This document shows positions 17,596-26,560 of a DNA stretch of 43,385 nt, one piece after another. The stretch is from Acidobacteriota bacterium. GTDB taxonomy: Bacteria > Acidobacteriota > Thermoanaerobaculia > Gp7-AA8. Numbering within the stretch: position 1 is the stretch's first letter; the number at the start of each line of letters is the position of its first letter. Position numbers and translations under genes: made by a program. The DNA is taken from assembly GCA_003223635.1 (NCBI GenBank), contig QHVS01000110.1, positions 1-43,385 on the forward strand. Reading direction: 5' to 3'. The notes under the pieces were generated by a model. The model did no database searches. It saw only the letters and a list, made by a program, of their open reading frames with translations, and was not told the DNA's origin.

Positions 17596-17671
17596 GTTGC
17601 TCGGTTGCTAGGTAGCTGAGTTGCTGGGTGTTTCGCCTGGCAACCGAGCAACCTAGCAACTGAGGAACCCA
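17593..17671 (+). repeat. intercistronic octamer-built hairpin (murD|ftsW), paralogue of 8628-8702
   Basis: Left arm is GAGTTGCT CGGTTGCT AGGTAGCT GAGTTGCT. Right arm is GGCAACCG AGCAACCT AGCAACTG AGGAACCC. Lower stem 17593-17617/17647-17671 has 21 WC pairs, 1 GU pair and 3 mismatches. Upper stem 17620-17628/17636-17644 has 7 WC and 2 GU pairs, with a 7-nt loop. Confidence 0.85.
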
Positions 17672-17676
17672 GGAAC

Positions 17677-18774
17677 ATGAGCCGCAAACTCTCATATGAC
17701 ACGTGGTTATTCGCCGCTGCGCTGCTGATCGTGGTCATCGGCCTGGTGATGATCTACAGCGCCTCGGCCATCATCACCACGCAGAAAGTCGGCTTGGACA
17801 ATCCGTACTACTTCATCACCCGTCAGTGCATCTGGCTGCTCGGCGGAAGCGCGCTGATGCTGATCCTGATGCATGTCGATCTGAGCCGGCTGCGCGATCG
17901 TCGCGTGATCTACGCGGCGATGGGCGTCCTGGGGATTGCCCTGGTGGTGGTGCTGTTCCAAACACCGGTGAACGGAACACACCGCTGGATCGTGTTTCCC
18001 AGCTTCCGGCTGCAGCCGAGCGAATTCGCGAAGCCGGTGATCGTGCTGTTCCTCGCTTCGTTCCTCGCCCGGCGCGAGAGCCGGATCAACGAGGTCACCT
18101 CGACGCTGCTGCCGCTCGGTTTCACGATCGCCGTGTTCGCGGGACTCATCCTCATCGAGCCCGATTTCGGCACCGCGGCGACGCTGGTGCTGGTCACAGC
18201 GGGGATGGTGTTCGCCGCCGGCATCGCCTGGAACCGCGTGGCCATCTTCTCGCTGATGGTGATTCCCGCGGCGGCCATGGTGGCCTTCAGCGCGGCGTAT
18301 CGACGCGATCGACTCTTCACGTTTCTCAATCCGGAGGCCGATCCACTGGGCAAGGGTTTTCAGGCCATGCAGTCGCTGATTGCGCTCGGAACCGGCGGCC
18401 TGCACGGATTGGGCATCGGCAACGGGCGGCAGAAACTGTTCTTCCTGCCCGAGCCGCACACGGATTTCATCTTCTCCATCATCGGCGAGGAACTGGGGTT
18501 CATCGGCGCCTTCGGGCTGATCGCGCTCTTCGCGTTTCTGGTGTGGCGCGGCTACCGCGTGGCGCGTTTCAGCCAGGAGCGCTTCGACTACTACGCGGCG
18601 CTCGGATTCACTCTGATGATCGCCGTGCAGGCCTTGATCAACATCAGCGTGGCATTGTGCCTTCTTCCGACGAAGGGGCTACCGCTGCCGCTGGTCAGCT
18701 ACGGCGGCTCCTCGCTGACGACCAGCCTGATCGCGGTCGGCATGCTGCTGAATCTCTCGCAACAATCGGGCTGA
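17677..18774 (+). CDS. ftsW: SEDS peptidoglycan glycosyltransferase FtsW
   Basis: 365 aa polytopic protein. SEDS-family motifs (RLQPSEFAKP, EPHTDFIFSIIGEELGF, PLPLVSYGGSS). Position between murD and murG. Confidence 0.9.
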   Translation: MSRKLSYDTWLFAAALLIVVIGLVMIYSASAIITTQKVGLDNPYYFITRQCIWLLGGSALMLILMHVDLSRLRDRRVIYAAMGVLGIALVVVLFQTPVNGTHRWIVFPSFRLQPSEFAKPVIVLFLASFLARRESRINEVTSTLLPLGFTIAVFAGLILIEPDFGTAATLVLVTAGMVFAAGIAWNRVAIFSLMVIPAAAMVAFSAAYRRDRLFTFLNPEADPLGKGFQAMQSLIALGTGGLHGLGIGNGRQKLFFLPEPHTDFIFSIIGEELGFIGAFGLIALFAFLVWRGYRVARFSQERFDYYAALGFTLMIAVQALINISVALCLLPTKGLPLPLVSYGGSSLTTSLIAVGMLLNLSQQSG

Positions 18775-18784
18775 GGACAATCAC

Positions 18785-19882
18785 ATGGGAGCGATGGGCG
18801 TGTTGATGATTGCCGGAGGTGGAACGGGGGGACACATCTACCCGGCCATCGCCATCGCTCAGGAGTTTCTGGCCCGCGATTCGAAGCGTCGCGCCATCTT
18901 CGTGGGAACGAAGTACGGTCTGGAGAAGACGATCGTTCCTCGAGCGGGTTTCCCCATCGAATTCATTTCCGTCGGTGGTCTGAAGGGAAAGGGAGCGCTG
19001 GAGCTGGTCAAGAATCTCGCCCGGCTGCCGGTCGGGTTCGTTCAGGCGTGGAAGGTCGTGGCAAGGCACCGACCGAGCGTGCTTCTGGGAGTGGGCGGCT
19101 ACGCCTCCGGCCCTGCGCTATTCGCTGGCCGACTGCTCGGCATCCCTACGGCCATTCACGAACAGAACGCCTTTCCGGGCCTGACGAACCGGATGCTCGC
19201 CCGGATCGTGAGCGCGGTGGCGGTGGCTTTCTCTGACGCCGGACCGCGTCTGAAGCGCGCGGACGCCGTGGTTACCGGCAATCCCGTGCGCCGCGAGTTC
19301 TTCGACGCGGCCGGACGCGCGCCTCGCTCGACGGTCCGCAAGCGGCTTCTGATTTTCGGCGGATCCCAGGGGTCGCGCGTGCTCAACGAGGCCATGATCG
19401 GCGCGCTGCTGTTCCTGGCCCGGTTGAAGGATCGGCTGGAGATCATCCACCAAACAGGTCCCAACGAAGTGGACAGAGTGCGCGATGCCTACCGGGCCTC
19501 GGCCTTCGCCGACGCCCGGGTGGTGGCCTATCTCGATCCGATCGTCGACGAGATCGCTGCGGCCGATCTCGTGATCAGCCGGGCCGGAGCGATGACCATC
19601 GGCGAGCTGGCGGCGGTCGGGAGGGGGGCGATTCTCGTCCCTTTTGCCGCGGCGACGAACAATCACCAGGAAGTGAATGCCCGCGTGGTGGAGAAGGCCG
19701 GTGGGGCGATGGTGATCACGGAGTCACAGCTCTCGCCGGAACGGCTGGCCACAGCCATCACCGAAGTGATCAACGACCCTCAGCGCGCGTTGCGCATGGG
19801 GGCAGCGGCACGAGCGCTCGCTGCGCCTGATGCTAGCAGGAAGATCGTCGATTTACTCGAAAAAATTCAGAGAAATGAATAA
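18785..19882 (+). CDS. murG: UDP-GlcNAc:lipid I GlcNAc transferase
   Basis: IAGGGTGGHIYPAIAIA N-terminus and GGSQGS motif. The start could instead be ATG 18794. Confidence 0.92.
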   Translation: MGAMGVLMIAGGGTGGHIYPAIAIAQEFLARDSKRRAIFVGTKYGLEKTIVPRAGFPIEFISVGGLKGKGALELVKNLARLPVGFVQAWKVVARHRPSVLLGVGGYASGPALFAGRLLGIPTAIHEQNAFPGLTNRMLARIVSAVAVAFSDAGPRLKRADAVVTGNPVRREFFDAAGRAPRSTVRKRLLIFGGSQGSRVLNEAMIGALLFLARLKDRLEIIHQTGPNEVDRVRDAYRASAFADARVVAYLDPIVDEIAAADLVISRAGAMTIGELAAVGRGAILVPFAAATNNHQEVNARVVEKAGGAMVITESQLSPERLATAITEVINDPQRALRMGAAARALAAPDASRKIVDLLEKIQRNE

Positions 19883-19910
19883 ACTCTGTAATTAGCAAGC
19901 CACTATACGA

Positions 19911-21269
19911 ATGAATTTTGAGAACATTAAGACTATTCATTTCGTCGGCATCGGTGGTATCGGAATGAGTGGCATTGCTGAGATCCTCGCCGATCGAGGC
20001 CTGGTCGTCTCCGGCTGCGACCTGAAGGCTTCGGCGATGACCGATCTTTTGATCGGCCGGGGCATCCCCGTCACCATCGGCCACGACCCGGTTCACCTGC
20101 ACGGCGCCGACCTGGTGGTGGTTACTTCCGCAGTGAAGGGCTACAACGTGGAGATCGACTCCGCGCTGCAGCGCGGCATTCCGGTCGTCAAGCGGAAGGA
20201 GATTCTCGGCCACATCGTCAATCGCAAGCGGGCCATCGGCGTCTCTGGCACGCATGGCAAGACGACCACCTCCGCCATGATCGCGGTGATCCTGGAAGAA
20301 GCGGGACTCGATCCGACGGTGATCATCGGCGGCATGCTGCGCAACATCGGATCGAATGCCAAGAGCGGCCGCGGAGATTTTCTGGTCGTCGAAGCCGACG
20401 AGTACGACCGCACCTTTCACGAGCTGCGTCCGGAGATCGCGGTGATCACCAACGTGGAAGCCGATCACCTCGAGTACTACGGCAGCTTCGAAGCGATCGT
20501 GGAAGCCTTCCGCATTTTCGCCACGCGCGTGAAGCCGGGCGGCGCCGTGATCGGATGCGTGGACGATCCGATCGTCCGCGATTTGCTCGGGAAGATTTCC
20601 GGCGCCACACAAAAAGTCATTCGCTACGGCCTCTCAGACACCGCCGAACTTCGTGCCACGAACATTGTCTACAGCGAGCTGGGATCGACATTCGAGGTTC
20701 CGCGCGTCGGAGGATTCCGTGTGTTCGTCCCCGGTGAGCACAACGTGCGCAATGCGCTCGCGGCGATCGCCGTGGCCCGCGAGCTTGGAATCACTACCCA
20801 GGCCACAGCAGCCGGGCTGGCTCGCTTCCTGGGCGTCGATCGACGGTTTCAGATCCTGGGCGAATTTGCCGGAGCGATCGTCGTCGACGACTACGCGCAC
20901 CATCCGACCGAGATCCGGGCCACGCTGACGGCTGCCCGGCGTGGATATCCGAAGCGCCGCGTGGTGGCGCTCTTCCAACCGCACCTCTACTCGCGCACGC
21001 GCGACTTCGCCGTCCAGTTCGGTGAGTCGCTGCTGGTGGCGGACGTGGCGCTCGTCGCGCCGATCTACGCGTCGCGCGAGCAGCCCATCGAAGGGATCAC
21101 CTCGAAGTTGATCGCGGACGCGGTCGGAGGCGTGGAGTACCTGGAGCGCAGCAACGATGCCATCATCGAGGAACTGCGGCGGCGGCTGCAGCCGAACGAT
21201 CTGTTCATCGCCATGGGTGCGGGTGACGTTCACCAGATCGCCGAGGCGCTGGTGGAAGGGGGACGATGA
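19911..21269 (+). CDS. murC: UDP-N-acetylmuramate:L-alanine ligase
   Basis: 452 aa. HFVGIGGIGMSGIAEIL N-terminus and VSGTHGKTTTSAM P-loop. Confidence 0.93.
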   Translation: MNFENIKTIHFVGIGGIGMSGIAEILADRGLVVSGCDLKASAMTDLLIGRGIPVTIGHDPVHLHGADLVVVTSAVKGYNVEIDSALQRGIPVVKRKEILGHIVNRKRAIGVSGTHGKTTTSAMIAVILEEAGLDPTVIIGGMLRNIGSNAKSGRGDFLVVEADEYDRTFHELRPEIAVITNVEADHLEYYGSFEAIVEAFRIFATRVKPGGAVIGCVDDPIVRDLLGKISGATQKVIRYGLSDTAELRATNIVYSELGSTFEVPRVGGFRVFVPGEHNVRNALAAIAVARELGITTQATAAGLARFLGVDRRFQILGEFAGAIVVDDYAHHPTEIRATLTAARRGYPKRRVVALFQPHLYSRTRDFAVQFGESLLVADVALVAPIYASREQPIEGITSKLIADAVGGVEYLERSNDAIIEELRRRLQPNDLFIAMGAGDVHQIAEALVEGGR

Positions 21270-22114
21270 CCGCGCAGGCCGAGTCGACTCGGCGCTTCCT
21301 GCGCCCGGCGGACGCCGAGCGCACGCCGCGCAACTATCGACGCATTCAGATGCAGCGGCTGCTCGCCGTGGCCCGCAACGTCGTCGTCGTGCTGGCCATC
21401 GCCGCGGTGGTCATGTCGCTGTACCGGCAGACGCAGTCCGATCGCCGCTTCGCCGTTCGGCACATCGAGATCATCGGTGCAGTGCACGCGCCTCGCGCTG
21501 CGCTGCACGAAGTCGTCAACCGCTACGTCGGCCTCAATCTCTTCCGCCTGGACATCGCCCGCGTGCACAGCGATCTCGCGGCGCTGAGCTGGATCAACGG
21601 CGTGGAAATCGAGAAGAAGCTGCCCGACACGCTGCGCATCCGCGTCTCGGAGCGTTCCGCGGTTGCGCTGGTGGAGAGCAGCGGCACGATTCGTTATGTC
21701 GACGCCGCAGGGATCGAATTCGCCGAGCTTTCGCCTGAAGTGGGTGACGCCGACCTGCCGCTGATCACCGCGGCCAGTGGCCCGGATCTGGTTCGCTGCG
21801 TGGCCCTCGTGCGCGAGCTGCGCGGGCGCGACCCGCAGGTGTACGCGCGGATCTCGGAAGTGCGGCCCCTGCCGCCGCGCGGCTTCGCGTTGTTCGATCG
21901 ACGGATTGGAGCGTTCGTCTACGCCAACGAGGACGATGTGTTTACGAAGTGGCGCGATCTGGCGGCCATCGCCCGGAGCGAGCGATTCGGCCGCGGCGAT
22001 CTGGCGTACGTCGACCTTCGCTTCGCCGATCGCGTAGTGATCAAGCCGGTCCACGCGCCGGTGTTGCCCGTTCTCAATGCCCCGAAATTCATTCCGTCTC
22101 AGATCACCAATTAG
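21266..22114 (+). CDS. ftsQ: cell division protein FtsQ (POTRA domain)
   Basis: 282 aa. Single TM segment (VVVVLAIAAVVMSL) followed by a POTRA-like region (VRHIEIIGAVHAPRAAL...LPDTLRIRVSER). 4-nt overlap with murC; precedes ftsA. Confidence 0.8.
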   Translation: MTAQAESTRRFLRPADAERTPRNYRRIQMQRLLAVARNVVVVLAIAAVVMSLYRQTQSDRRFAVRHIEIIGAVHAPRAALHEVVNRYVGLNLFRLDIARVHSDLAALSWINGVEIEKKLPDTLRIRVSERSAVALVESSGTIRYVDAAGIEFAELSPEVGDADLPLITAASGPDLVRCVALVRELRGRDPQVYARISEVRPLPPRGFALFDRRIGAFVYANEDDVFTKWRDLAAIARSERFGRGDLAYVDLRFADRVVIKPVHAPVLPVLNAPKFIPSQITN

Positions 22115-22125
22115 GAGCAGGTCAA

Positions 22126-23358
22126 ATGCCGAAGAGCGAAGAGAAATATGTGGTGGCCCTCGACATCGGGACTTCAAAAGTGTGCGTGCTGGTGGGGGAA
22201 GTAACCGACCGCGGGCAGCTCGAGATCATCGGCAAGGGCACGGCGCCGATGAAGGGCACGCGACGGGGCAACATCATCAACCTCGATCAGGCCATCGACG
22301 CGGTGAAGAAGGCGGTGGACGAGGCCGAGGTCATGGCCGGCCTGCAGATCGAGTCGGTGTACGTGGGCGTAGCCGGCGATCACATCCGATCGGTCAACTC
22401 GCGCGGCGTGGTTTCCGTGGGCGGCAAGCACAAAGAGATCTCCCGCGAAGACATCGAGCGGGTGATCGAAGCCTCGAAGTCGATCAACATTCCGGCGGAG
22501 CTGGAGCTGCTGCACGTCATTCCCCGCGAGTTCGTCGTCGATGGCCAGGATGGAATCCACGATCCGCTGGGCATGACCGCCGCTCGCCTCGAGGCAAACG
22601 TGCACATCGTCACCGGGGCCCGCACGCACAACCAGAACGTGCTGACCGCGGTGAACAAAGCGGGGATCGCCGTGCAGGAGCTGGTCCTGGAGCAACTGGC
22701 CGCAGCCGAAGCGGTGCTCACACACGACGAGCGCGAGATGGGCGTGCTGCTGATGGACCTGGGCGCAGGCACCACCGATTACGCCGTGTTCCTGGAAGGA
22801 AACGTGGTGCACACCAACGTGCTGCCCGTCGGTGCAGGGCATTTCACCAGCGATGTCTCCGTCGTGCTGCGCACGCCGATGGAGGATGCAGAACGGATCA
22901 AGAAGCGCTACGGATGCGCGCTGGCTTCGCTGGTCACCGAAGACGATCCGATCGAAGTACCGACCGTCGGTGGCCGCGCACCGAAGATTCTTTCCAAGCA
23001 CGAGCTGACGAACATCCTCGAGCCGCGCGCGGCGGAGATCGCCAAGCTCGTCTACCGCGACCTGGAGAAGGTCGGTCTGGAGAAGGAGATCCGGTCCGGC
23101 GTGGTGATTGTGGGCGGCGGCGCGGACATGGACGGCATCATCGAGATGGTCGAGCAGATCTTCGATCAACAGGCGCGGAAGGGATTGCCGCGCGGTCTGG
23201 GCGGACTGTCGGACACAGTGAACGGGCCGGAGTGGGTCGCGGCGGCCGGCCTTCTGCTGTGGGGCTTCCGCGACCGGGCCCGCGTGCGCAGGCGCGCGCG
23301 CCGCGGCGGTCTGGCTCGGGTGGCGGATTCGTTTCGTTCGTGGTTTGCAGCGAGTTAG
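22126..23358 (+). CDS. ftsA: cell division protein FtsA
   Basis: The start MPKSEEKYVVALDIGTSKVCVLVGE is preceded by AGGAGCAGG. Actin-fold motifs are present, plus a C-terminal amphipathic tail (LARVADSFRSWF). The upstream part of ORF 21949 overlaps ftsQ. Confidence 0.93.
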   Translation: MPKSEEKYVVALDIGTSKVCVLVGEVTDRGQLEIIGKGTAPMKGTRRGNIINLDQAIDAVKKAVDEAEVMAGLQIESVYVGVAGDHIRSVNSRGVVSVGGKHKEISREDIERVIEASKSINIPAELELLHVIPREFVVDGQDGIHDPLGMTAARLEANVHIVTGARTHNQNVLTAVNKAGIAVQELVLEQLAAAEAVLTHDEREMGVLLMDLGAGTTDYAVFLEGNVVHTNVLPVGAGHFTSDVSVVLRTPMEDAERIKKRYGCALASLVTEDDPIEVPTVGGRAPKILSKHELTNILEPRAAEIAKLVYRDLEKVGLEKEIRSGVVIVGGGADMDGIIEMVEQIFDQQARKGLPRGLGGLSDTVNGPEWVAAAGLLLWGFRDRARVRRRARRGGLARVADSFRSWFAAS

Positions 23359-23388
23359 CAGCGACAACAATTCGACGGGAGACGGTAC

Positions 23389-24666
23389 ATGATTACGTTT
23401 GATGATACGGGCGCCGGAAAGCTCAACATCTCGATGGATGAGAACCAGCTCACGGCGAACATCAAGGTGATTGGGGTCGGCGGGGGTGGCGGGAATGCCG
23501 TCAACCGGATGATCCAGGCAGGAATCAAAGGCGTTGAGTTCCTCGTCTGCAACACCGACGTGCAGGCGATGCGCGCGTCATCTGCGCCGATCAAGATTCA
23601 GATCGGAGCGAAGCTGACCAAAGGCCTCGGCGCGGGCGCCAATCCGGAGATCGGAAAACAGGCCGCGCTGGAAGACACGGATCGCATCCTGGAAGTGCTC
23701 TCCGGCGCCGACATGATCTTCATCACCACGGGGATGGGTGGGGGGACGGGGACCGGCGCGGCGCCGATCATCGCTTCCCTGGCCGCGGAGCTCGGATCGC
23801 TCACCGTGGCCGTGGTGACCAAGCCCTTCGCCTTCGAAGGGAAGCGCCGCCGCGTGCAGGCGGAACAGGGAATCCGCGCCCTCCGCGATACGGTCGACAC
23901 GCTGATCACGATTCCCAACGAGCGACTGCTCAACTTCGTCGAGCGCGCCACCTCTCTGGGTGACGCGTTCAAGATCGCCGACGACATCCTGCGCCAGGCC
24001 GTGCAGGGCATCTCCGATCTGATCACCGTCCCCGGCGAGATCAACCTCGACTTTGCGGACGTGAAAACCATCATGCACGGCATGGGCATGGCCCTGATGG
24101 GAACCGGAGTCTCCTCAGGCGAACATCGCGCTGTGGAGGCGGCGCAGCGGGCGATCTCGTCACCGCTCCTGGAAGAAGCTTCCATCGAAGGAGCGAAAGG
24201 CGTCCTCATCAACATTACCGGCGGCTCGGACATGACGCTGTTCGAAGTGCATGAAGCGGCGTCGATCATTCAGGAAGCGGCCGACGAAGAAGCGAACATC
24301 ATCTTCGGAACGGTCATCGATCCGAAGATGAAGGACGAAGTGAAGGTGACCGTGATCGCCACCGGCTTCGACGCGGCCACGAAGGGCTTCCTCAACACGC
24401 GCGGTGAGCAGCTCGCGCCGCCGCCGCGGCCGCATCCTCCTCATCCACATGCGCCGGCGCCGGCGCAGCGCACGGTCGCCGCGTCGCACGAGGTGCCCCA
24501 CGATCCGCCGTCGCAGATCGGCGCGGAAGGAGACATCTACGATCCCCCTTTTTTTCGCAAAGGATTCTCGCGCGGTGACGGCAGCAGCGGCTTCGGCCCG
24601 ATGGCATCGAACGATTTCGGCAATGACCTCGATATTCCGACGGTGATTCGAAACTTGAGCGATTAG
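23389..24666 (+). CDS. ftsZ: cell division GTPase FtsZ
   Basis: 425 aa. Tubulin signature [22 protein letters not shown], a Pro-rich linker and the C-terminal peptide DIPTVIRN. Confidence 0.97.
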   Translation: MITFDDTGAGKLNISMDENQLTANIKVIGVGGGGGNAVNRMIQAGIKGVEFLVCNTDVQAMRASSAPIKIQIGAKLTKGLGAGANPEIGKQAALEDTDRILEVLSGADMIFITTGMGGGTGTGAAPIIASLAAELGSLTVAVVTKPFAFEGKRRRVQAEQGIRALRDTVDTLITIPNERLLNFVERATSLGDAFKIADDILRQAVQGISDLITVPGEINLDFADVKTIMHGMGMALMGTGVSSGEHRAVEAAQRAISSPLLEEASIEGAKGVLINITGGSDMTLFEVHEAASIIQEAADEEANIIFGTVIDPKMKDEVKVTVIATGFDAATKGFLNTRGEQLAPPPRPHPPHPHAPAPAQRTVAASHEVPHDPPSQIGAEGDIYDPPFFRKGFSRGDGSSGFGPMASNDFGNDLDIPTVIRNLSD

Positions 24667-24678
24667 GACGTAGAAACT

Positions 24679-24706
24679 CTTAGCTATTAGCTGTTAGCTC
24701 TTGGAT
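24679..24706 (+). repeat. tandem heptamer array CTTAGCT ATTAGCT GTTAGCT (CTTGGAT)
   Basis: Three units with an identical TTAGCT core plus a degenerate fourth. They begin 12 nt after the ftsZ stop, in the convergent spacer. A weak AGCTCTT/AAGAGCT 7-bp stem (24696-24702/24719-24725) overlaps the array. Confidence 0.7.
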
Positions 24707-24747
24707 GAGCGTTGACTTAAGAGCTCAAAGCGCGACCCTCGTGCGCG

Positions 24748-26142
24748 CTATGCGGGTGGCGGGGAGAGGGACCCGGCACCAACTGTTCCGGGGCGCGGTT
24801 CGCCGCGCCCCGTGTTTTCCTGCAATGGTCCCGACGCAAACGCGGTCCCGAGGATCAGAAGCGAGAGGAGTGGCTGCGAGACCCGCGGAAGGGTCCATGA
24901 CATCTGCATCGCCAGGCCGCTCGTGTACTGCAGATACAGGAATGCGAAGAAGGCGAAGAGCAGCGGGAGCGAGATCAGAAGCGGCAACGCGTCGATCAGC
25001 CGACGCGGCGAGCGAACGGCTACGCAGATCAACACGGCCGCGGGGATGAGCCACGACATTCCCCAGCATCCGGCGGAGAGGCCCTTCGGGGCCTCGGTGA
25101 GGATGACCGGGAGATTTCGAAGGAGAAGACCTTGAAAGTTCGTGAACCGGTGATAGCCGACGGGAAGACCGAAGCGGTATTGATATCCGAACCAGATGGA
25201 GATGGAAGCGGCCGTGCTGAGCGTCAGCAACGCCACGCGCCGCACGACGCTCGCATCTCGCCGCAGCAGATCTCGAACCGCGATTCCGAAGAGCATGGCG
25301 CCGATGAACGCGAGCGCTTCCGCTTTGGTCAGCGCTGCACCGGCGAATGCCGCAGCGGCAATCCAGCGGCTCCGCGGATCGTAGCGCTCTGCGATGATGG
25401 CCACCCCCGCGACGGAGATGTATGCCACGAGTGTCGCGTCCGCGTTTCCTCCGCAGCCGGAATAGGCGAAGCTGGCCGCCATGGCGGCCGCCCAGAACGC
25501 CGACACGGCGGCGGCGAAATCGCGTCCGAAAGCGCGCTCCAGTGACCAGCGAATGAAAGGAATGGGAGCAACGAGCCACACCGTCGACATGCCTGCAGCG
25601 GTGATCCACGGCATCCGGCGCGAGAAGAGAAGACCCCAGGCTTGCACCACAGGCACGAGCGGCGGGTAATCAACGTGGGGCGGCGGAAATCGGGAAAGCA
25701 AGAAGCCAGGATCGAGCGCCGCGGCGGCGGCGAAGCGCACCGCCTTCACGCCCCAGAAGAGCACGTAGTCCGGGGAGACCGACTGCGTAGTGATGATGGA
25801 AAGCGCGAAATGAAGAACGGAGATCAGCACGATCGCGTTGGCCACATGCGTCGCGACGAGCGTCCGTCTTCCTGCCAGCTGTGGTGGGGAAGAAGGGATT
25901 CGCGGCCAGAGCAAGACAGTCAAACTCGCCGCGACGAGCGGCAGCGATAATCCGATGACGTTCCACCGAATGCCAGCGATCGAGAAGATCGTCGCCTCGA
26001 TCGTAAGGAGCAGCGCGCCTGCCAGGAATGCAAAGCCGATCCGCGCTGCGCGCGAGTCGATGCCGGTCACTCGATGCGCGGCCAGCAACATGCCGAATAG
26101 CGGAAGCGCCGCGTAGGAGAGGAGGTAGATCGCCGATGTCAT
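24748..26142 (-). CDS. polytopic integral membrane protein of unknown function (GT-C / polymerase-like topology)
   Basis: 464 aa from MTSAIYLLSYAALPLF. Many hydrophobic helices are visible in the translation. The ATG overlaps the upstream stop (ATGA). I recognise no family motif. Confidence 0.6.
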   Translation of the reverse strand: MTSAIYLLSYAALPLFGMLLAAHRVTGIDSRAARIGFAFLAGALLLTIEATIFSIAGIRWNVIGLSLPLVAASLTVLLWPRIPSSPPQLAGRRTLVATHVANAIVLISVLHFALSIITTQSVSPDYVLFWGVKAVRFAAAAALDPGFLLSRFPPPHVDYPPLVPVVQAWGLLFSRRMPWITAAGMSTVWLVAPIPFIRWSLERAFGRDFAAAVSAFWAAAMAASFAYSGCGGNADATLVAYISVAGVAIIAERYDPRSRWIAAAAFAGAALTKAEALAFIGAMLFGIAVRDLLRRDASVVRRVALLTLSTAASISIWFGYQYRFGLPVGYHRFTNFQGLLLRNLPVILTEAPKGLSAGCWGMSWLIPAAVLICVAVRSPRRLIDALPLLISLPLLFAFFAFLYLQYTSGLAMQMSWTLPRVSQPLLSLLILGTAFASGPLQENTGRGEPRPGTVGAGSLSPPPA

Positions 26143-26555
26143 CGCTCCCCACGAATGCAGATGCTTCCGCCTTTCACCAGGCGCATCATCGTGGCGTCGG
26201 AAGGACACCCGGCGCTCCCGTAAACGAGGACGTACTTTGCCTCCCGGCCGCCCCCGGGCTGTGGTGCCCAGACGAACGTCGCGGGGTACGGCCGCACGCC
26301 ACCAAACAGGCCAGCCGAGATCATGAACAGCTGTGTTTCTTCATCGCCGTTCGCCGCGTTAATCGTGTAGGACGATCCCTCAGGCACGAAGCGCCGCGCC
26401 TCGTCCAGGAAGCGCCAATACGCGGCGAAGGTCGGCTGCGCCGCATCGATCGGCGAAGCGCGCCGTCGAATGTCGTGATGTTCCAGGAAGCGGCTCCAGG
26501 TGACGACCGGGCCGATAAGCAGCACGAGCGCACCGATCAGCCACAGCCGTCGCAT
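26139..26555 (-). CDS. small N-terminally anchored hypothetical protein
   Basis: 138 aa from MRRLWLIGALVLLIGPVV, with GGGAG 8 nt upstream of the ATG. A GTG at 26570 is an alternative start. Translationally coupled to the downstream membrane protein. Confidence 0.5.
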   Translation of the reverse strand: MRRLWLIGALVLLIGPVVTWSRFLEHHDIRRRASPIDAAQPTFAAYWRFLDEARRFVPEGSSYTINAANGDEETQLFMISAGLFGGVRPYPATFVWAPQPGGGREAKYVLVYGSAGCPSDATMMRLVKGGSICIRGER

Positions 26556-26560
26556 CGCAT

